Shown one piece after another: positions 35,289 to 49,355 of a stretch of DNA of 64,000 nucleotides. The position numbers and the translations under genes are program-made. The notes under the pieces are model-generated. The model worked only from the letters and a program-made list of their open reading frames with translations. It was not told where the DNA came from and ran no database searches. Source of the stretch: Octopus sinensis (Eukaryota); assembly GCF_006345805.1 (NCBI RefSeq), contig NC_043004.1, positions 19,530,001-19,594,000 of the forward strand, read 5' to 3'. How positions within the stretch are numbered: position 1 is the stretch's first letter; each line of letters opens with the position of its first letter.

Positions 35289-35380
35289 CGACGACGACGA
35301 CGACTACCACCACCACCACCACCACCACCACCACCACCACCACCACCACCACCACCACCACCACCACCACCACCACCGCC
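35289..35380. repeat. (CGA)n(CCA)n microsatellite
   Basis: Direct reading; source of the spurious poly-Pro ORF 35229-35447. Confidence 0.95.
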
Positions 35381-36467
35381 ATGTTCACGACCAACATTGG
35401 AGAATTGCTTGCACCAACAGTTAGAGAGTTACTGCTGCTGCTGCTAACCCAAACGCTGAGCAGTTTAAAATATCAAAATCCATGTAAATATATATTTCTT
35501 TGACTGCTTTCATCTGAAGATAGGCCTTTGGGTCTGAAATATAACGTTTTCTTTTGTTTTTGTAAACCTTTCTGCATTGTCAGAAGCTTTCCTTCATTTT
35601 CTATTTCTGTGCAACAATGCTGCAAGCGAACTAAAACGCGCACGCTTGTTTAAATTTGTTAGATCGATGAAATCTGTAAAATACTTGGAAAAGGAAATAA
35701 TATTTTGAAAACAAAAGAGTTTAATATTTAATTTAATTTATATATATATTTATGTGTGTGTGTGAAACTGATAAACTAAATACAATTTACAGTAAAAATT
35801 TGCAGTTTATTTTGCTTAACGTACCAGCTAAATACAGTAGAGCAAAACATTTTACTACACTTTGCTTGCATGTAGCATCTGATATCACACCCTCCCTCTA
35901 CGTTTGCTGTTTTAGTCTTCTTCTACAAGCGTGACCGGTATATATATATATATATATATATATATCTTACATATAATAAAACGCAATATGCGTCTCGTTG
36001 GTCCCTAGCGGTCAGGTATCCATTCCTAAACATGGGCAAAAATAGCTCGAAACCAGTCTGGTCTGGTCGCTTCCTTGCTTGCAATATATATCGGATGCAA
36101 ATTGCATCTTTTACCAGCTAGCGGGCGTCCTCTTGAGGTAAAAAAATAGCAGTAACGTTTGTCGCGTAGTGAACAGCCATATTGAAGTGACCAATCAACG
36201 CCAAGTTAAACGCTTCTCCTTTTTATTAGCACACGTAAACACGCACACAACACACACACATGTTGTTCCTGCCTTTCCCTTCTTCAGGTGGTTAGTCTGG
36301 CTAAAAGTTTGATCTAGAAAAGTCTTTAATGACCCTCATAAACACTTTTATTTGTTTTCTCCTCTTGCATTCTTCCTTTCTTTTCTTTTCAATTTCTCTT
36401 TTTCGTTGTTTATGATTTTGCATCTGTCACACTTTCTCTAAATCTTAGTATATATATATATACATAC

Positions 36468-36520
<53 letters not shown>

Positions 36521-36526
36521 ATATAT

Positions 36527-37000
36527 GTAACAGGTAATTTGGAACAAATTTCAAATGGATGTGTTTCTAATTGTATAGATTTTCTTGGAGTCTAAATTTT
36601 TAATATTACCAGCTTGAACAATCACTTGTAATATTTTTTATTTCTGACTGAACAAACTATGAATGTTAATAAAAAATTAAAGCATAGAAGTGTAATTGCT
36701 GATTTATTCCGCGCTGGCAAAAGTGCTGGGGAGATTGTTAGAGACATAAAATATACCAAATCTACTGTTTTTAGATTCGTAGTCAATTTGAAGAAAAGTC
36801 AGGATATTCAGAGAAAGTCACACAGAGCGAAAATTCACACCTCGCTTCTTAACAGTCGAACCTATCATAATCGATGGCAAAGTTAGTTCAAGATCGAGGA
36901 TCAGTAAAATGACCACTTCTTGGGCTGTGAGACAAGACCTCCATATGAAATCGTATGTGAGGAGATGCCGTTCATGGTAGGTGAAACTGCAAACCATCAA
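36527..37000 (+). mobile_element. Tc1/mariner-superfamily (maT/rosa-like) transposase 5' remnant
   Basis: ORF 36659-36886 reads RSVIADLFRAGKSAGEIVRDIKYTKSTVFRFV...RKSHR (HTH). A shifted frame then gives VRQDLHMKSY. Inserted at the end of (TA)n. Confidence 0.65.
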
Positions 37001-37049
37001 AACTCACGAGTGATAGCGTTCTATGGTTTAATCCGGTATTTAACATTGC

Positions 37050-37690
37050 AGTAAAAACTAATATAAACAGAGAATTCTTGAAAATAGTTTCTAGGCACTT
37101 TTAAGAAAAGCATAAGGTCTACAGAATTTTAAGAGAAGAACGCTAAAGATTAGCAATTCTTGTTGCAAGAGCTTCGCCTCTTTAATTAACCAGCACAACA
37201 CGAAAACATTTAGAAGCAACAACAGTGCCGGAAATAACCAGAATAATTGCAATTGTAAAGATCGAAGTTGCTGTCCGTTAGGAGGAAATTGTTGAGAGAA
37301 AGGAATTGTTTATAAAGCTAAGGTGCAAATAGATGGCTCACAAGAATACAAAACATATAGAGGAGCTTCAGAAAATTCCTTTAAAACTAGATTATATTCC
37401 CACTGAAATTCATTTCGATACCCCGAAAGCAATGAGTCTTGCCAAACAGGTTTGGCCTTTGAAAGAAAATGATACCCGTCCTTTCAATATTAGCTGGGTG
37501 ATCTTAGAGAAAGCTGCATCATATCAGCATAGAGATTATGGACACCCACTGAGGTGCAATTTCTGCCTAACTGAAAAGCTCTTCATCTTGTTCCAGAATA
37601 AAAACGCATTGAACCAAAGACGGGAGCACCTGAACTCCCGCAGACATGCTACGAGATATAAAATATCGAGTGATAAAAAACCGTATAGAT
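37050..37690 (+). mobile_element. Penelope-like element 3' remnant (linker + GIY-YIG, Naiad-like)
   Basis: Reads NCNCKDRSCCPLGGNC*EKGIVYKAKV...YKTYRGASENSFKTRLYSH*NSF...SLAKQVW.LK...ISWVILEKA..Y...RCNFCLTEK...LNQRRE. Confidence 0.8.
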
Positions 37691-38404
37691 AATATTTGAC
37701 ATCCGCATTTGAATTTGGCTTTTCCACCTAAAAACAGACATCATTTTGTATAATATCCATTGTACATCTATCGCCTTTACATTTGACATTTCTCGTCTTT
37801 CAAGAAAACCTTCGACTGTTTAAAAATTTAAATTTAAATTTCGCCGGGGTCAATTTTTTCTCATTTTCAAATTCAGATTTTAAAGATATTTTTTTAAAAA
37901 TTTCATATTTTTTCATATTTATATTACATCTAATTATATTACATAATTTTTTTGCACCATTTTCTTATTTTAACATTCAATACACCAGGCAGTTTTTATT
38001 ATATTCGTCTGGTGTATACATCTATCTTGATGTGTATATATGTAAGTAGATACACACACATATGCATAAATGTTTATCTGTATATTTTTATGCGTGTATA
38101 TATGAGTGTTACTATTTTATATATGTATGTAGTTATGTGGATATGCATATCTGTTTTATAAGTGTGAGTTCAAAGCTTACAGAAGAGTTTTAATGCATCC
38201 AACAATAGTTTGATACATTTAGGAACGCTATTTTTCAAATCATTTTCTCTCACTCTCTCTCTATTTTTGTCTTTCCCTTTCTTTTTTTCATTCTCCCATC
38301 ACTTTTTTTTCTTTTTTTCTTCCTCCCTCCACTTCTTATTTCTGATTCTTTTTCTTTTTCTGACTTGCAACATCATAGTTGTGCATTTGGAATATACGGA
38401 GACG

Positions 38405-38463
<59 letters not shown>

Positions 38464-39095
38464 GATACCTATATTCATATTAGTATATATATTTTGTCTG
38501 TATATGTCTGTCTATATGTATGTGTGTATGCATGTATCAACGTTTGTATGTCTAGTGTATATATGTATATGTTTTGTGCTTGTGTATGTATAAGCAAATG
38601 TTTGTATACTTTTGTACGTGTGTTTATTTTTATGCTGTTTAGATCTCTGTAAGTGAATATGTCATTATAAACAGACTTATATTTTTTAAATTAAATTTAT
38701 TTTACCTTTACTTAATTTACTCTGGGTATACATATTTATTCCTTCTAGCTAAAGCTAATTTTTGATTTAAGCTTTTCTTCGATTTTACATAATATAATTT
38801 TAATTTTATGTTCTTAAAAAGACAGTTAGTTGAAAGGACCAAAGAAACAGAACGAATTTCAAATGTGTCGCTGTCAAGGTAAATTGCATATTTATACATA
38901 TAACGTTAATTTTTTTGTTTCATTCTCAAACTAAACTGTCCGACGAACGGGAACACGAAACTCTGAGTAGCAGTTTTCTTTTGTGATGTTTTTGTAGCTT
39001 TAACAATAAGGCATATTACACTACCTCGTGTATTCGAGTACTATTTACCCACCGTCTTCCACATTTATGTGCTTGCTTTGATATACACACACACA

Positions 39096-39173
<78 letters not shown>

Positions 39174-39372
39174 CACACACATGTATGTATGTCTATATAT
39201 ATGTATATTTATATCAATATCAATCTAACTATCTGCATATATATATGATGGCCAGATAACGACATCCGAAACTCGGAGTTTTATCATGGCTACCGAATAG
39301 TTACATTTACAGATAAATTCCTCTATTTACATAATATCTAGGTCTCTTTCAGTGTTTTGTTGTCTTACCATT

Positions 39373-39378
39373 TCTATC

Positions 39379-39423
<45 letters not shown>

Positions 39424-39534
39424 ATCTATCTATATACATACATACATACATACATACATACATACATACATACATACATACATACATACGTACGTACATA
39501 CATACATACATACATACATACATACATACACACA

Positions 39535-39580
<46 letters not shown>
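39373..39580. repeat. Compound (TCTA)n(TACA)n(TA)n microsatellite
   Basis: Direct reading. Confidence 0.95.
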
Positions 39581-39931
39581 ACGGGAAGCTTTATGAAAAT
39601 AGACAAAAGACGAAGGCAGGTTTACGGAAATAAACAAAAGACTATATACATATAGTTAATAAAAGAAAATATATAAAATAAAATAGAGCAGGAGTTATTA
39701 CAACAAAATTGTATATAGAGTTACCCCAGGTTTCGCTCCTACAAAGCTTGTGGACAGCTGATCAGATTCTATATGAATACAAAAGTTTAAAATATCTACG
39801 TTGCAGACGTGAGGAAATGCTGAGACCTCGAGGAATACGAAAAAACGTTAATGAGTACGGGTTATTTCTCCTTAATCATAGGGAAAAAACCTTTATAGAC
39901 TCGCAGAGGCCTAGCTAACAAACGGGGCGAT

Positions 39932-40560
39932 TCAGTTTTCTAGTAAGTAGTTCTTGAAGTGGATACATTTAGAAAACACTTCTTTACGCCAGGCTTCTTT
40001 ATAGTTCTTAAGAATTTTGGTTCTCACCGCGATGCAGATCTTGCAACGGCCATTTCCATTAATATACAGTGCCGGATAATCAATTAACTTCCACCTGATA
40101 TTTGGTCGCTTGATATTTGAGGTGTCACACATAGCGGGAAAGGGACGTAACAAACCGTCTTTCTGGGACTCTGAAGAATGACTGGTGATTAAGAAGACGC
40201 TTCTTGAACGAAGTACTCGCCGAACCAATATGTTTATAAACATAGGGTGAGGCCTTAATCGTACTCCTGATAACATATGGCACGAGGCTGGTCATTCTAT
40301 CAGTGTCGAAGATGATTGCTTGGTCCTCATCTGAGGTGGCGGAACTGGGAACAGCAGATGCCTCTTCCAAGTCGTTGGTTCTGGATAGGTCATTATTTCG
40401 AGGTGCGGGGTTTGTATTGGTGTTCTCATACATTGCAGGCCTGGTCACTCTCTCCGCATCTATATTATTTCATTATCCGTAGCGGGGGTACCGGGGTCTT
40501 CAGTGACGCTCTCTATGATGCTGGTCTCGATTTAGTTATTATCTCTGGGCGTGGCAAACT
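39932..40560 (-). pseudogene. GIY-YIG endonuclease pseudogene (Penelope/Naiad-like) with a low-complexity N-terminus and no adjacent RT
   Basis: Reads SLVPYVIRSTI...YKHIGSASTSFKKRLLNHQSFF...TSLSRYV*HLKY, then a frameshift to PNIRWKLI...YINGNGRCKICIA...EVFSKCIHFKNYLL. Confidence 0.7.
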
Positions 40561-40700
40561 CTATTAGCGTGAGAACTGATCAACCTGCAAATAATATTGC
40601 TGTTCGATGTTACATTACGGTTATTATGGATATTAGGTCCACAGGAATCACCATAGCCTGACAGATGATGGATGGTTTTTTGAACAAAGTACTCGCCGAA

Positions 40701-40858
40701 GCAGTGGCTGTGTGATAGGAAGCTTGCATCTCAACCACATGGTTACGGATACTGTCTTCCTGCCTGGCACTTCAGGCAAGTGTATTCTACTATAGCCTTG
40801 AGCTGACTAGAATCTTGTGAGTGAATTTCGTAGACTGAAACTGAAAGAAGCCCGTCGT
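40701..40858 (+). mobile_element. SINE1 5' partial copy
   Basis: gcagtggctgtgtgataggaagcttg...gaaactgaaagaagcccgtcgtata. Confidence 0.7.
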
Positions 40859-40865
40859 ATATATA

Positions 40866-40907
<42 letters not shown>

Positions 40908-41876
40908 TATATATATATTATATTATATATATAATATATATATGTGTGTGTGTGTGTGTGTGGTGTGTGTGTGTGTGTGTGTAAATAAAATATAAGGATA
41001 ACATCTATATAAGATTTCATCGAGTAGCCAGCGTGTAAACTGATTAAGGAAAAACATTAATACAAGATATATAACATTTTTCCTTTATATATAAACGATA
41101 CGGCTGGAAAGATATCAAGTCAGTCAGGGATAGGCAGAATTTTACAATTCTTCCGAACCACTGCAACCACTGAAAATTTCTAACCTGGAATTCAATAGAG
41201 AGTTAGGGATCTTAGATCTGAAAAGTACCTGCATTCTTTCAACGAAAAGAGTCTACATTTATTCAATCCATTCTCATAAAGTATGGATTTTTGAATTAAT
41301 TTCTATTTAATCACATGCGGGGTTTCGTTATCTTTCGAAGTCCTTACGTAGCTAACCAACTTAGTAACTTTACTTTTGTCCCTATGTCGGAAGGAGGCTA
41401 TGTGATTGGCACAGCGATTTTTAAATTCTCCTCATAATCCAATATAGGTTTTCTTATCAGTTGTGTTATTATTTAGCGTTGCAGTTTCTGCTTTTCTTTT
41501 TCCGTTGCCTATTGTCAACATTTTCTATATGCTGCCATCTCTGTTTATTTCGCGTTTCTTCTATTATTCAATTTCTTTAGTTCATTATTATATGTGGTTT
41601 GCGCCCGAAGAATATGTTTGAGTTCTTCAACATAAGAAACTATTAATAGCGCTTTAATACATGTATTGTGACGTTAAATAAATACACCAGATGGAGTAAT
41701 TTTTTTGTTAAATTTTCTTTACGCCTACTCATATACCCCACTTCTACCCCACCCTCAGCCTGTGGAAGAGCGTAGGCTCGAAATGTTAAGGAATTTTTCT
41801 CTTCCTGAGCGTTATACTAATACATCTGTTTGTTGTCTACACCACCTGTCTTCGTCTTTTGTTTTTTGTGAATTCT

Positions 41877-41917
<41 letters not shown>

Positions 41918-41959
41918 AGAAATAATATAAGGAAAATACACACACTTTACATAGTTTTA

Positions 41960-42740
41960 ATATAATTTTTAATATATCGACCGGTTTCGCTTTCGCTATT
42001 CATGATATTATGGTTTACTTATTTGAATATGTATTTTCTTAGTCGATGTTGTGTGTGATGATATTTACGAGTGAATGACTTCACAAGTAGAAAAATAAGG
42101 GGACGTAATTGGTTATCGTTATTATTATTATTGTTGTGGGCAAGGGAGATAAATGTTCAGCTGTCGGTAAGGGGAGGGGAATATATATATGCACAAAAAG
42201 TTTCAAAAAACTTGTTTAGTGAGGGGATTTATATACAGTGATGTAATCGTGAATTGAAATATGTAAAAAGATAAAAGTTGGTTATGCGTGCATATTAAGA
42301 AGTGTTCTGTAATTTTCGATGAAAAATGTTTCTTTATTTAAACGTTCTTGTGGAGAAATTGTGTCTTTGCACTGGTAGAAGGGGAAGACTGTGAAGTTTG
42401 GTTTGATGTTATCTGCACATTTTTCTATATGTTCACTGAGAGGAATTTGCCTGTATTGTAGGAAACGGATTTGCTCTTTATGTAGAGTGGTTCTCCGTCT
42501 CGAGGTCATACGCGTCTGTCCAATATAGTTGTGTCCATATCCCGAGTAGGTTATTACATAAATTATATTCTCAGAGGCACAAGTGAAACTAGTTTTAATT
42601 GTGAACATCTCTCCTTGTTTGAAAAGGAAATCAGAGCCTTGAAGTTGGGGTAGATCCCACAGTTTGGGCGTCCACATTTTTCAACCGTTGGTTTCGCGGT
42701 TGTTTTGTAAAGCTTTGCATTTGTTAGCAGTCTCTTTAGC
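41960..42740 (-). mobile_element. Penelope-like element 3' remnant (Neptune-like Cys-rich linker + GIY-YIG)
   Basis: Reads KPTVEKCGRPNCGI.P, frameshift, then FTIKTSFTCASENIIYVITYSGYGHNYIGQT...LHKEQIR...LSEHIEKC...ERLNKETFFI. A hammerhead-like remnant lies at ~41978-42005. Confidence 0.8.
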
Positions 42741-42845
42741 GATTTGTGTTGCATTTTGCATTTGACACACACACACACATGTATATATATAATAGAAATA
42801 TGTTTCAAAAATAAAATAGAAACAACACCTGGAAAAGATATGGGG

Positions 42846-43166
42846 GGAAGTAAGTGGAAAAAAGCGAAAATGCACATTGAATATCCCAAAAAATAAAGGC
42901 TTTTTAATGAAAAGTAGCGATAAATAAATATAATTAGATGAACTGAGGTAGAATTAAGAGGAATTAAATTCATTATTTTGAATTGTTGACGAGATTCAAA
43001 TTTAAACCGGTCTGACTTTGAATCCCTTTAACAATTCAGAATAACGAATTTAATTCCTCTTAATTCTACCTCAGTTTTTCTAATTGAATTTATCGCTACT
43101 TTTCATAAAAAAGCTTCTATTTTTGTGATATTTAATGTGCATTTTCGCCTTTTTCTTCTTACTTTC

Positions 43167-43167
<1 letters not shown>
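42846..43167. repeat. Fold-back repeat, ~150-bp arms (~80% identical), 16-nt loop
   Basis: 42846-43000 is the reverse complement of 43017-43167. Confidence 0.8.
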
Positions 43168-43204
<37 letters not shown>

Positions 43205-43916
43205 AATAAAATAGAACATATGCATATATATAAACATATCTGTACGTACCTACCTCTACATGTACATATACACGCATATATGTGTACAGGACACCAAAAA
43301 GACGTCGAACACATAGAGAGACGAAAAACATAGACACAAACCAAGGAACAAGACAAGCAAAAAAGAGATACAGGACAATAAGCACAACGAAAAATCCCCT
43401 TCTTCAGTCGCTAAGGTTTCATCTACTAAACGTTTCGAAGGATATATATATAAAGGTGTATGTGGAAGTGTGAATGTATGCCTGTATATATATACATATA
43501 TTTATACGTATAAATGCCTAAATATATATGTATTACATATACATACATACACACACATACACACACACATATATATATACATGTGTGTATGTTTGTGTGT
43601 GTAAATTCGCATATATGTTTGTGCATCTACGTATACATGTTTGTGTGTGTGTGTGGTGTGTGTGTGTGTGTACGCACGTAAACGTTATGCACGCTGGACA
43701 TATATGTCTTAGTTTTGTGAGAATATGGTTACGTGTATTTTTTTGTTTTTTCTCTTTTTCTTTTTCTACCTACTATAGTAACTTCCCTTTTATTCAACGG
43801 TTTTTCATAGCGTCTGTTGCCATTAATAGCCAACGAGAATGCATCGTAGCTCTTCTCTCCGACGTTCGAAACACCGAGTACTATAATGACAACTTACTGT
43901 TTGTTCTAAATTATGA

Positions 43917-44256
<340 letters not shown>

Positions 44257-44937
44257 ATATATATCCAACCACGTGCTTTCACACACCAACTTTCTCACCT
44301 ATATATATATATATACAAATATATTTTACTGAGAGTTCTAATTATTGGTTCTTTACGTCTGAGTGTATTTACCCTTATATACACTTTAGAATTGGTCTTA
44401 TTCTGATTCTGGAGATTTCTTTCCTCACAAACGTGCATGTCTTCTATTCGGTTATGCTTTTGTGTGTATATGCATAAATGTAAATGTCTTCCAATTAGAT
44501 TGCACTTCACGTTTGAGGTTTGGAAGGTATTACTTGGAATCCAACTATGACTCCACTGCATCTTGTAGTAGAAACGGCTGTAAGCTAATAAAGTTCAAAA
44601 GACAATTGTTTATTCCTTTGGCATCTCATTTGCACCCCTACCACACGCACGCTTTATGTTCTGTTACGGGAAACGTTTTCAATATTCATATAAAAGGTCC
44701 AATCCTATTGTGCCTGCTACAGCCAAATGATGCCAACTGGCAATACCAGATGTTTTTTCGGGGGAGGGGCGCACCGAAGCACGCGTAGTGTTACATTAAA
44801 ATATTTATAAATTCCATCCAAGGATTATTATCATTATTGCTATATTTATACATATACACACAGACGACCACGTATCAACATATGTATGCATACACTCATA
44901 CATAGACACAATTATACACACGCACGCATATATATAT

Positions 44938-44992
<55 letters not shown>

Positions 44993-45216
44993 TAAATATA
45001 TGTTTGTGTGTGTATAAAAATCTCACAGAAGAATGTCACAGAAGAATATTATGGTTTTGCTATAACCAAACTTAACTTAAACGAATAGCAGAGGAAAATT
45101 CCTCTTGGGAAAATGTCTTACTTTTATGCCCTGAAGAGATCGTACTAATAATATATAAATCAGACCATATGAATATGCAACAATATGCAGCCGGTACGAT
45201 CGAAACACGTACCTGA

Positions 45217-45337
<121 letters not shown>

Positions 45338-46947
45338 GTAAGCATGTAAAAAAATCTCAAGAGAACTGAACAGCAGAAGGTTTCCAGAAAAGGACCATCA
45401 CTAAAGCAAGTGTTTCGGTCCTTAGATTCTTACACTCTAAGGACGAGTGGGAGGTGGATGGGAGGAAGCAGCATCCAGGTCGTGACCGCTGGGTACCCAT
45501 CTGCTGACAGTTTTTAGCGACTGGATATCGGAAACTTGTGCATTTAGACTGTCTGAAAATTTGATCCTGCAACTCCTCTCTGTTGACTCAGCTTGTACTT
45601 ATACTTAAAGAAATAGCAAGATTAAATTGTGAGCTACAATAAGTTTCCTATTTCGATCGGAATTAATCGGACAAATTGTATAGCGTCCTGTGTACTTTCC
45701 TGCAATCTTTCCTGCCCAAAAGAAGCATGTCGGCTTTCTGAGAAAAAGCGAGAAAGAGTGAGACATTACGAGAAGAAAAGAAAAAAAAAAGGTTTGGAAG
45801 GAAGGGAGATAAGAGTTATGTCCTTTCAAATCATTAGAACTGGAATTGCGTCATGCCACTCGGCCTGCAAATATCCTTTGGCGGACCAGCGTCCTACTAA
45901 AAGGAGGGGGAATATACTCACCAGAGAACCCGAGCAACCAGACTTATAAACCAATGGCTTTCATTATCAAACGTTTCGACGTTTTAAATGCATGGTAAAA
46001 CGCCTGAAGGAAGTCATGTATTCAATGTATTATACATTACATAATTTTCATTCATCACGTTATCAATTAAATTTATATATTACCCGCGGCTACTTATAAC
46101 AACTTTCGACATATTTTCTGTTATTTGATATAATATTGGCTTTATATTTTTGCAGCGAATTCGTTTTCACTTTTTATCAATTGAACGAGTTTCTTATGGT
46201 AATAATGATTCTTATACAATTCATCATCTAACCACTACAAGCAATGACAATTAAAGATTGCTTTCTATATTCACTGTTACCATATTCACATAGTTTAGCA
46301 CGGTATAGCGAAAACTAAACCGACTTCATAGATGATTTAGAGTTGCAACTGCTTACAGGAAGGGTTGAGGAACTCGTAAACACATCGGTCTACTATTCAT
46401 TCTCCGGAAGGCTTTGACAAGAATACTCTGAAATGAATTGTTAACCATGACAATATTAGACATATAAATGTGATTTCTATCTCGTAGAAAGATTTATGCT
46501 TGGATATTCTCTGGAAGAAAAGAAAGAGAAATATCACCTTTATTCGACTAACGCTGTGAAGCAATGACAGAGGTATTGAGTGTTTGAGAGCAAAGAATGG
46601 GATGTATTGTTACTGTAAATGTATTCTCCACATTTCTATCCGCAGTCCTTGCCATAATAATTGATCGTTACCTCCACTGAATACAGTTATCAGAAATGGA
46701 AAGCCAAAACTAAAAGCACCTTAAATATATGCAGTCTTCTAATGTAACATCTGAATTAGATATTCAAGAAATTGTTAATATCTTTCACCTAGGTATAGAT
46801 AGTTGCCTGAAGCCAGTCAAAAAATGTAAAAATATATGCGGTACCCAGCATCAGTTCACTGGTTACAGCTATTATAGGATACCACCAGGAAGGGTTTGGC
46901 TGATCATTTCGAACACCATTACTTTGTCCAATCTAGTGGTTATATTG

Positions 46948-47416
46948 CACAGTGTAACACGACTTTTGTCCTTGGGTAGCAACTGTTATTTCTTATTTGT
47001 TTACCCTAGAAAGTATGAAAAATTTCCTTAAAACTTTGCTTTTCTTACATTTATCCAAATCCCAAGGAATTCCTCACAACACAGGGTTATGATGCTCCTC
47101 CCTCACTACTCTTTCTCATGATCAGAGATGCACATATTGTCAGCCAATAAGGTACATGCAAAAGTGGTTAAGGTCAAGCAACTATCAAGCAAATCTGTGG
47201 TATTGAGCAGAATATTTGCTTTGACGATATTTCTGCTTGAGCAACACAGCTTGGAATCCATCTGAAATGTAATGGAAAATAGGTTAGTTTCAAAACATTG
47301 ATGTCCAGGTCACAAATTAAAGTTTGGAGGGAATAGTAGTCATTTCCTTCGATTTCTAGATAGAAGCAAATAGGAAATAACTGACCAAAGAACCCCCACC
47401 CAAATGTTACACAGTG
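46948..47416. mobile_element. MITE-like DNA element with terminal and subterminal inverted repeats; second copy 61078-61534
   Basis: Ends CACAGTGTAACA / TGTTACACAGTG; subterminal IR gcaactgttatttcttatttg..ctagaa / ttctaga..caaataggaaataac. Confidence 0.65.
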
Positions 47417-47737
47417 TTCTCTCTGTATATTTGTTGAATTATTAAGTTTCAGTTCGCGTGTCCGTGTGACTGTGATTGTATGTATGCAAGGGTATTTGTT
47501 TGTGTGTACGTGTGTATGTCGACGTGTGTGCAAATGTGCTTCCTATGTAAATGTTTGTATATATGTGTATATATGTATTTAGAGAAGGAAAGAGAGGGCG
47601 GGTAACTTTCCTTATCAATTAAAAGAATACAGTGCGCTGAGAGGATTGAAATAAACACGCAAAACATACTTATTTAACGTTTATTGTCAAATTTTACTAT
47701 ATCAAATGTGTTCCTTGTACAATGTTTCGTTTATATA

Positions 47738-48900
47738 TTAGGTCATCCCATAAATAATTCGGTGTTTTCAATTGCATGAGCTAAAAGTCGGAAATGGTCG
47801 GGATAAACTACCCGCGTCAACTTGCTGTAAATGCATTTATTCTTAGTACAAGTTTTGAAGAGTGCAGTTCGATTTTAAAAGTTGTTTTTTTCAAAGCTAT
47901 AATGGAAGTGACAAAGAAGTATATTCGGCATATTTTACTTTATGAGTTCAATAAGGGTAACAACGCGACGGAAAGGGCGAGGTATATATTAATGCAGTTT
48001 ATGGGGATCGGACAATAAGCGTAAGCCAGGGTGAACGGTGGTTCCAGAAATTCTGAGCCGGAACCTACAGCCTAGAATCCGAGTCTCGTCCTGGAAGGTC
48101 TGTAGAGCTCAACGAGGACACCCTGTAAACCCTGGTGGAACAAAGTCCCTTCATAACTCTTGAGAAACTAGCAAAGAAGCTTCGATTTGGTCACTCAACC
48201 ATTTATCGACACCTGCGAGCCATCGGAAAAGTCAGCAAATTGGGTCAATAGGTTCCTCACAAACTTTCTCTGTCTAGTCGCGTACAGAGAGTGAATGTGC
48301 GTTCTTCTTTGCTGTCACTTCAAACGATTGAACCTTTTTTTGGAGTGAATGGTGACAAGAAATGGGTTCTCTATAAAAATGTCAAGCGCCGAAGACAGGG
48401 AGTAGGGAAAGGAGAAACAGCTGCACCGCAGGCTAAATATCTTCACCTACGTAAAGTGTTATCTTTTTAGTGGAATATGAAAGGTTTAGTCCACTTTGAA
48501 CTTTTAAACCCAAACCAAGCGATAACAAAGGAGATCTACTGAAGTCAGCGCTGCAAGAAAAACGAACATCTTTGTTTTGAAGATGAAAGGTGGTCTTCCA
48601 TCAGAAAAATGCTCGGTCACATACGGCGAGGATGACATTGCAAAGGCTTGAGCAGTTTGAATTAGAAACAATGCTCCACCCACCATATTCGCTGGATATT
48701 ACCTCCATCTGATTATCCTTTATTCCTCACTCTTAAAAATCATTTGGACGGAAAAAATATGATTTCTGTAGACGAGGTCAGAACTACTGGAGGAGTATTT
48801 TTCGTCACGTACGAGTGAATTTTGGAAGAGGGTCCTTGCAAGCCTTAAAAAAAGAACTTTGCTTATCTTAATTTTTAAGAATAAAAGAAGTATAAAAAAG
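47738..48900 (+). mobile_element. Near full-length decayed mariner transposon
   Basis: After TA, TIR ttaggtcatcccataaataa. ATG 47902 gives MEVTKKYIRHILLYEF...RWFQKF...RHL..IGKVSKLGQ*VPHKL...KWVLYKN...HFELL...HPPYS.DI; multiple stops and frameshifts. Confidence 0.9.
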
Positions 48901-48920
48901 CCAATATATAGTAATATTTT

Positions 48921-49312
48921 CTTTTATTCTTTTACTTACTTCAGTCATTTGACTGCAGTCATGCTGGAGCACAGCATTGAAAGGTTTTAGACGAACAAAT
49001 CGACCTCAGGACTTGTTTTTTTAAACCTGGTACTTATTCTATCGGTCCATTTTGCTGAACCACAAAGTTACAGGGACGTAAATACATCAATACTGGGTGT
49101 CAAGCGGTGATGAGGAGACAAACACAGACACAAAGACACACACACATATACGACAAGCTTCTTTCAGTTTCCGTCTACCAAATCCACTCACAAGGCTTTG
49201 GTTGGACCGAGGCTATAGTAGAAGACACTTGCCCAAGTTGCTACGCAGTAGGACTGAACCCGGAACCATGTGATTGGGAAGCAATATTCTTACCACACAA
49301 CCACGCCTACGT
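48921..49312 (-). mobile_element. SINE1 copy
   Basis: Family match to 24425-24830. Confidence 0.8.
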
Positions 49313-49321
49313 CTATACACA

Positions 49322-49355
<34 letters not shown>

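Noticed and set aside
35964-36230. Helitron 5' end (atct..atataataaaacgc) after (TA)n
   Set aside because: Only a terminal resemblance; no matching 3' hairpin/CTRR end or second copy was found, so it is not listed as a feature.
37293-37406. In-frame TGA codons in a Naiad-like GIY-YIG as selenocysteine
   Set aside because: The TGAs (37293, 37404) are not at conserved Cys positions and fit CGA/AGA->TGA decay. The copy is also frameshifted, and no SECIS was recognised.
45905-45960. Strong minus-strand donor CTG|gtgagtat suggesting a first exon
   Set aside because: A single splice-like site with no supporting ORF or partner exon; expected by chance in 64 kb.
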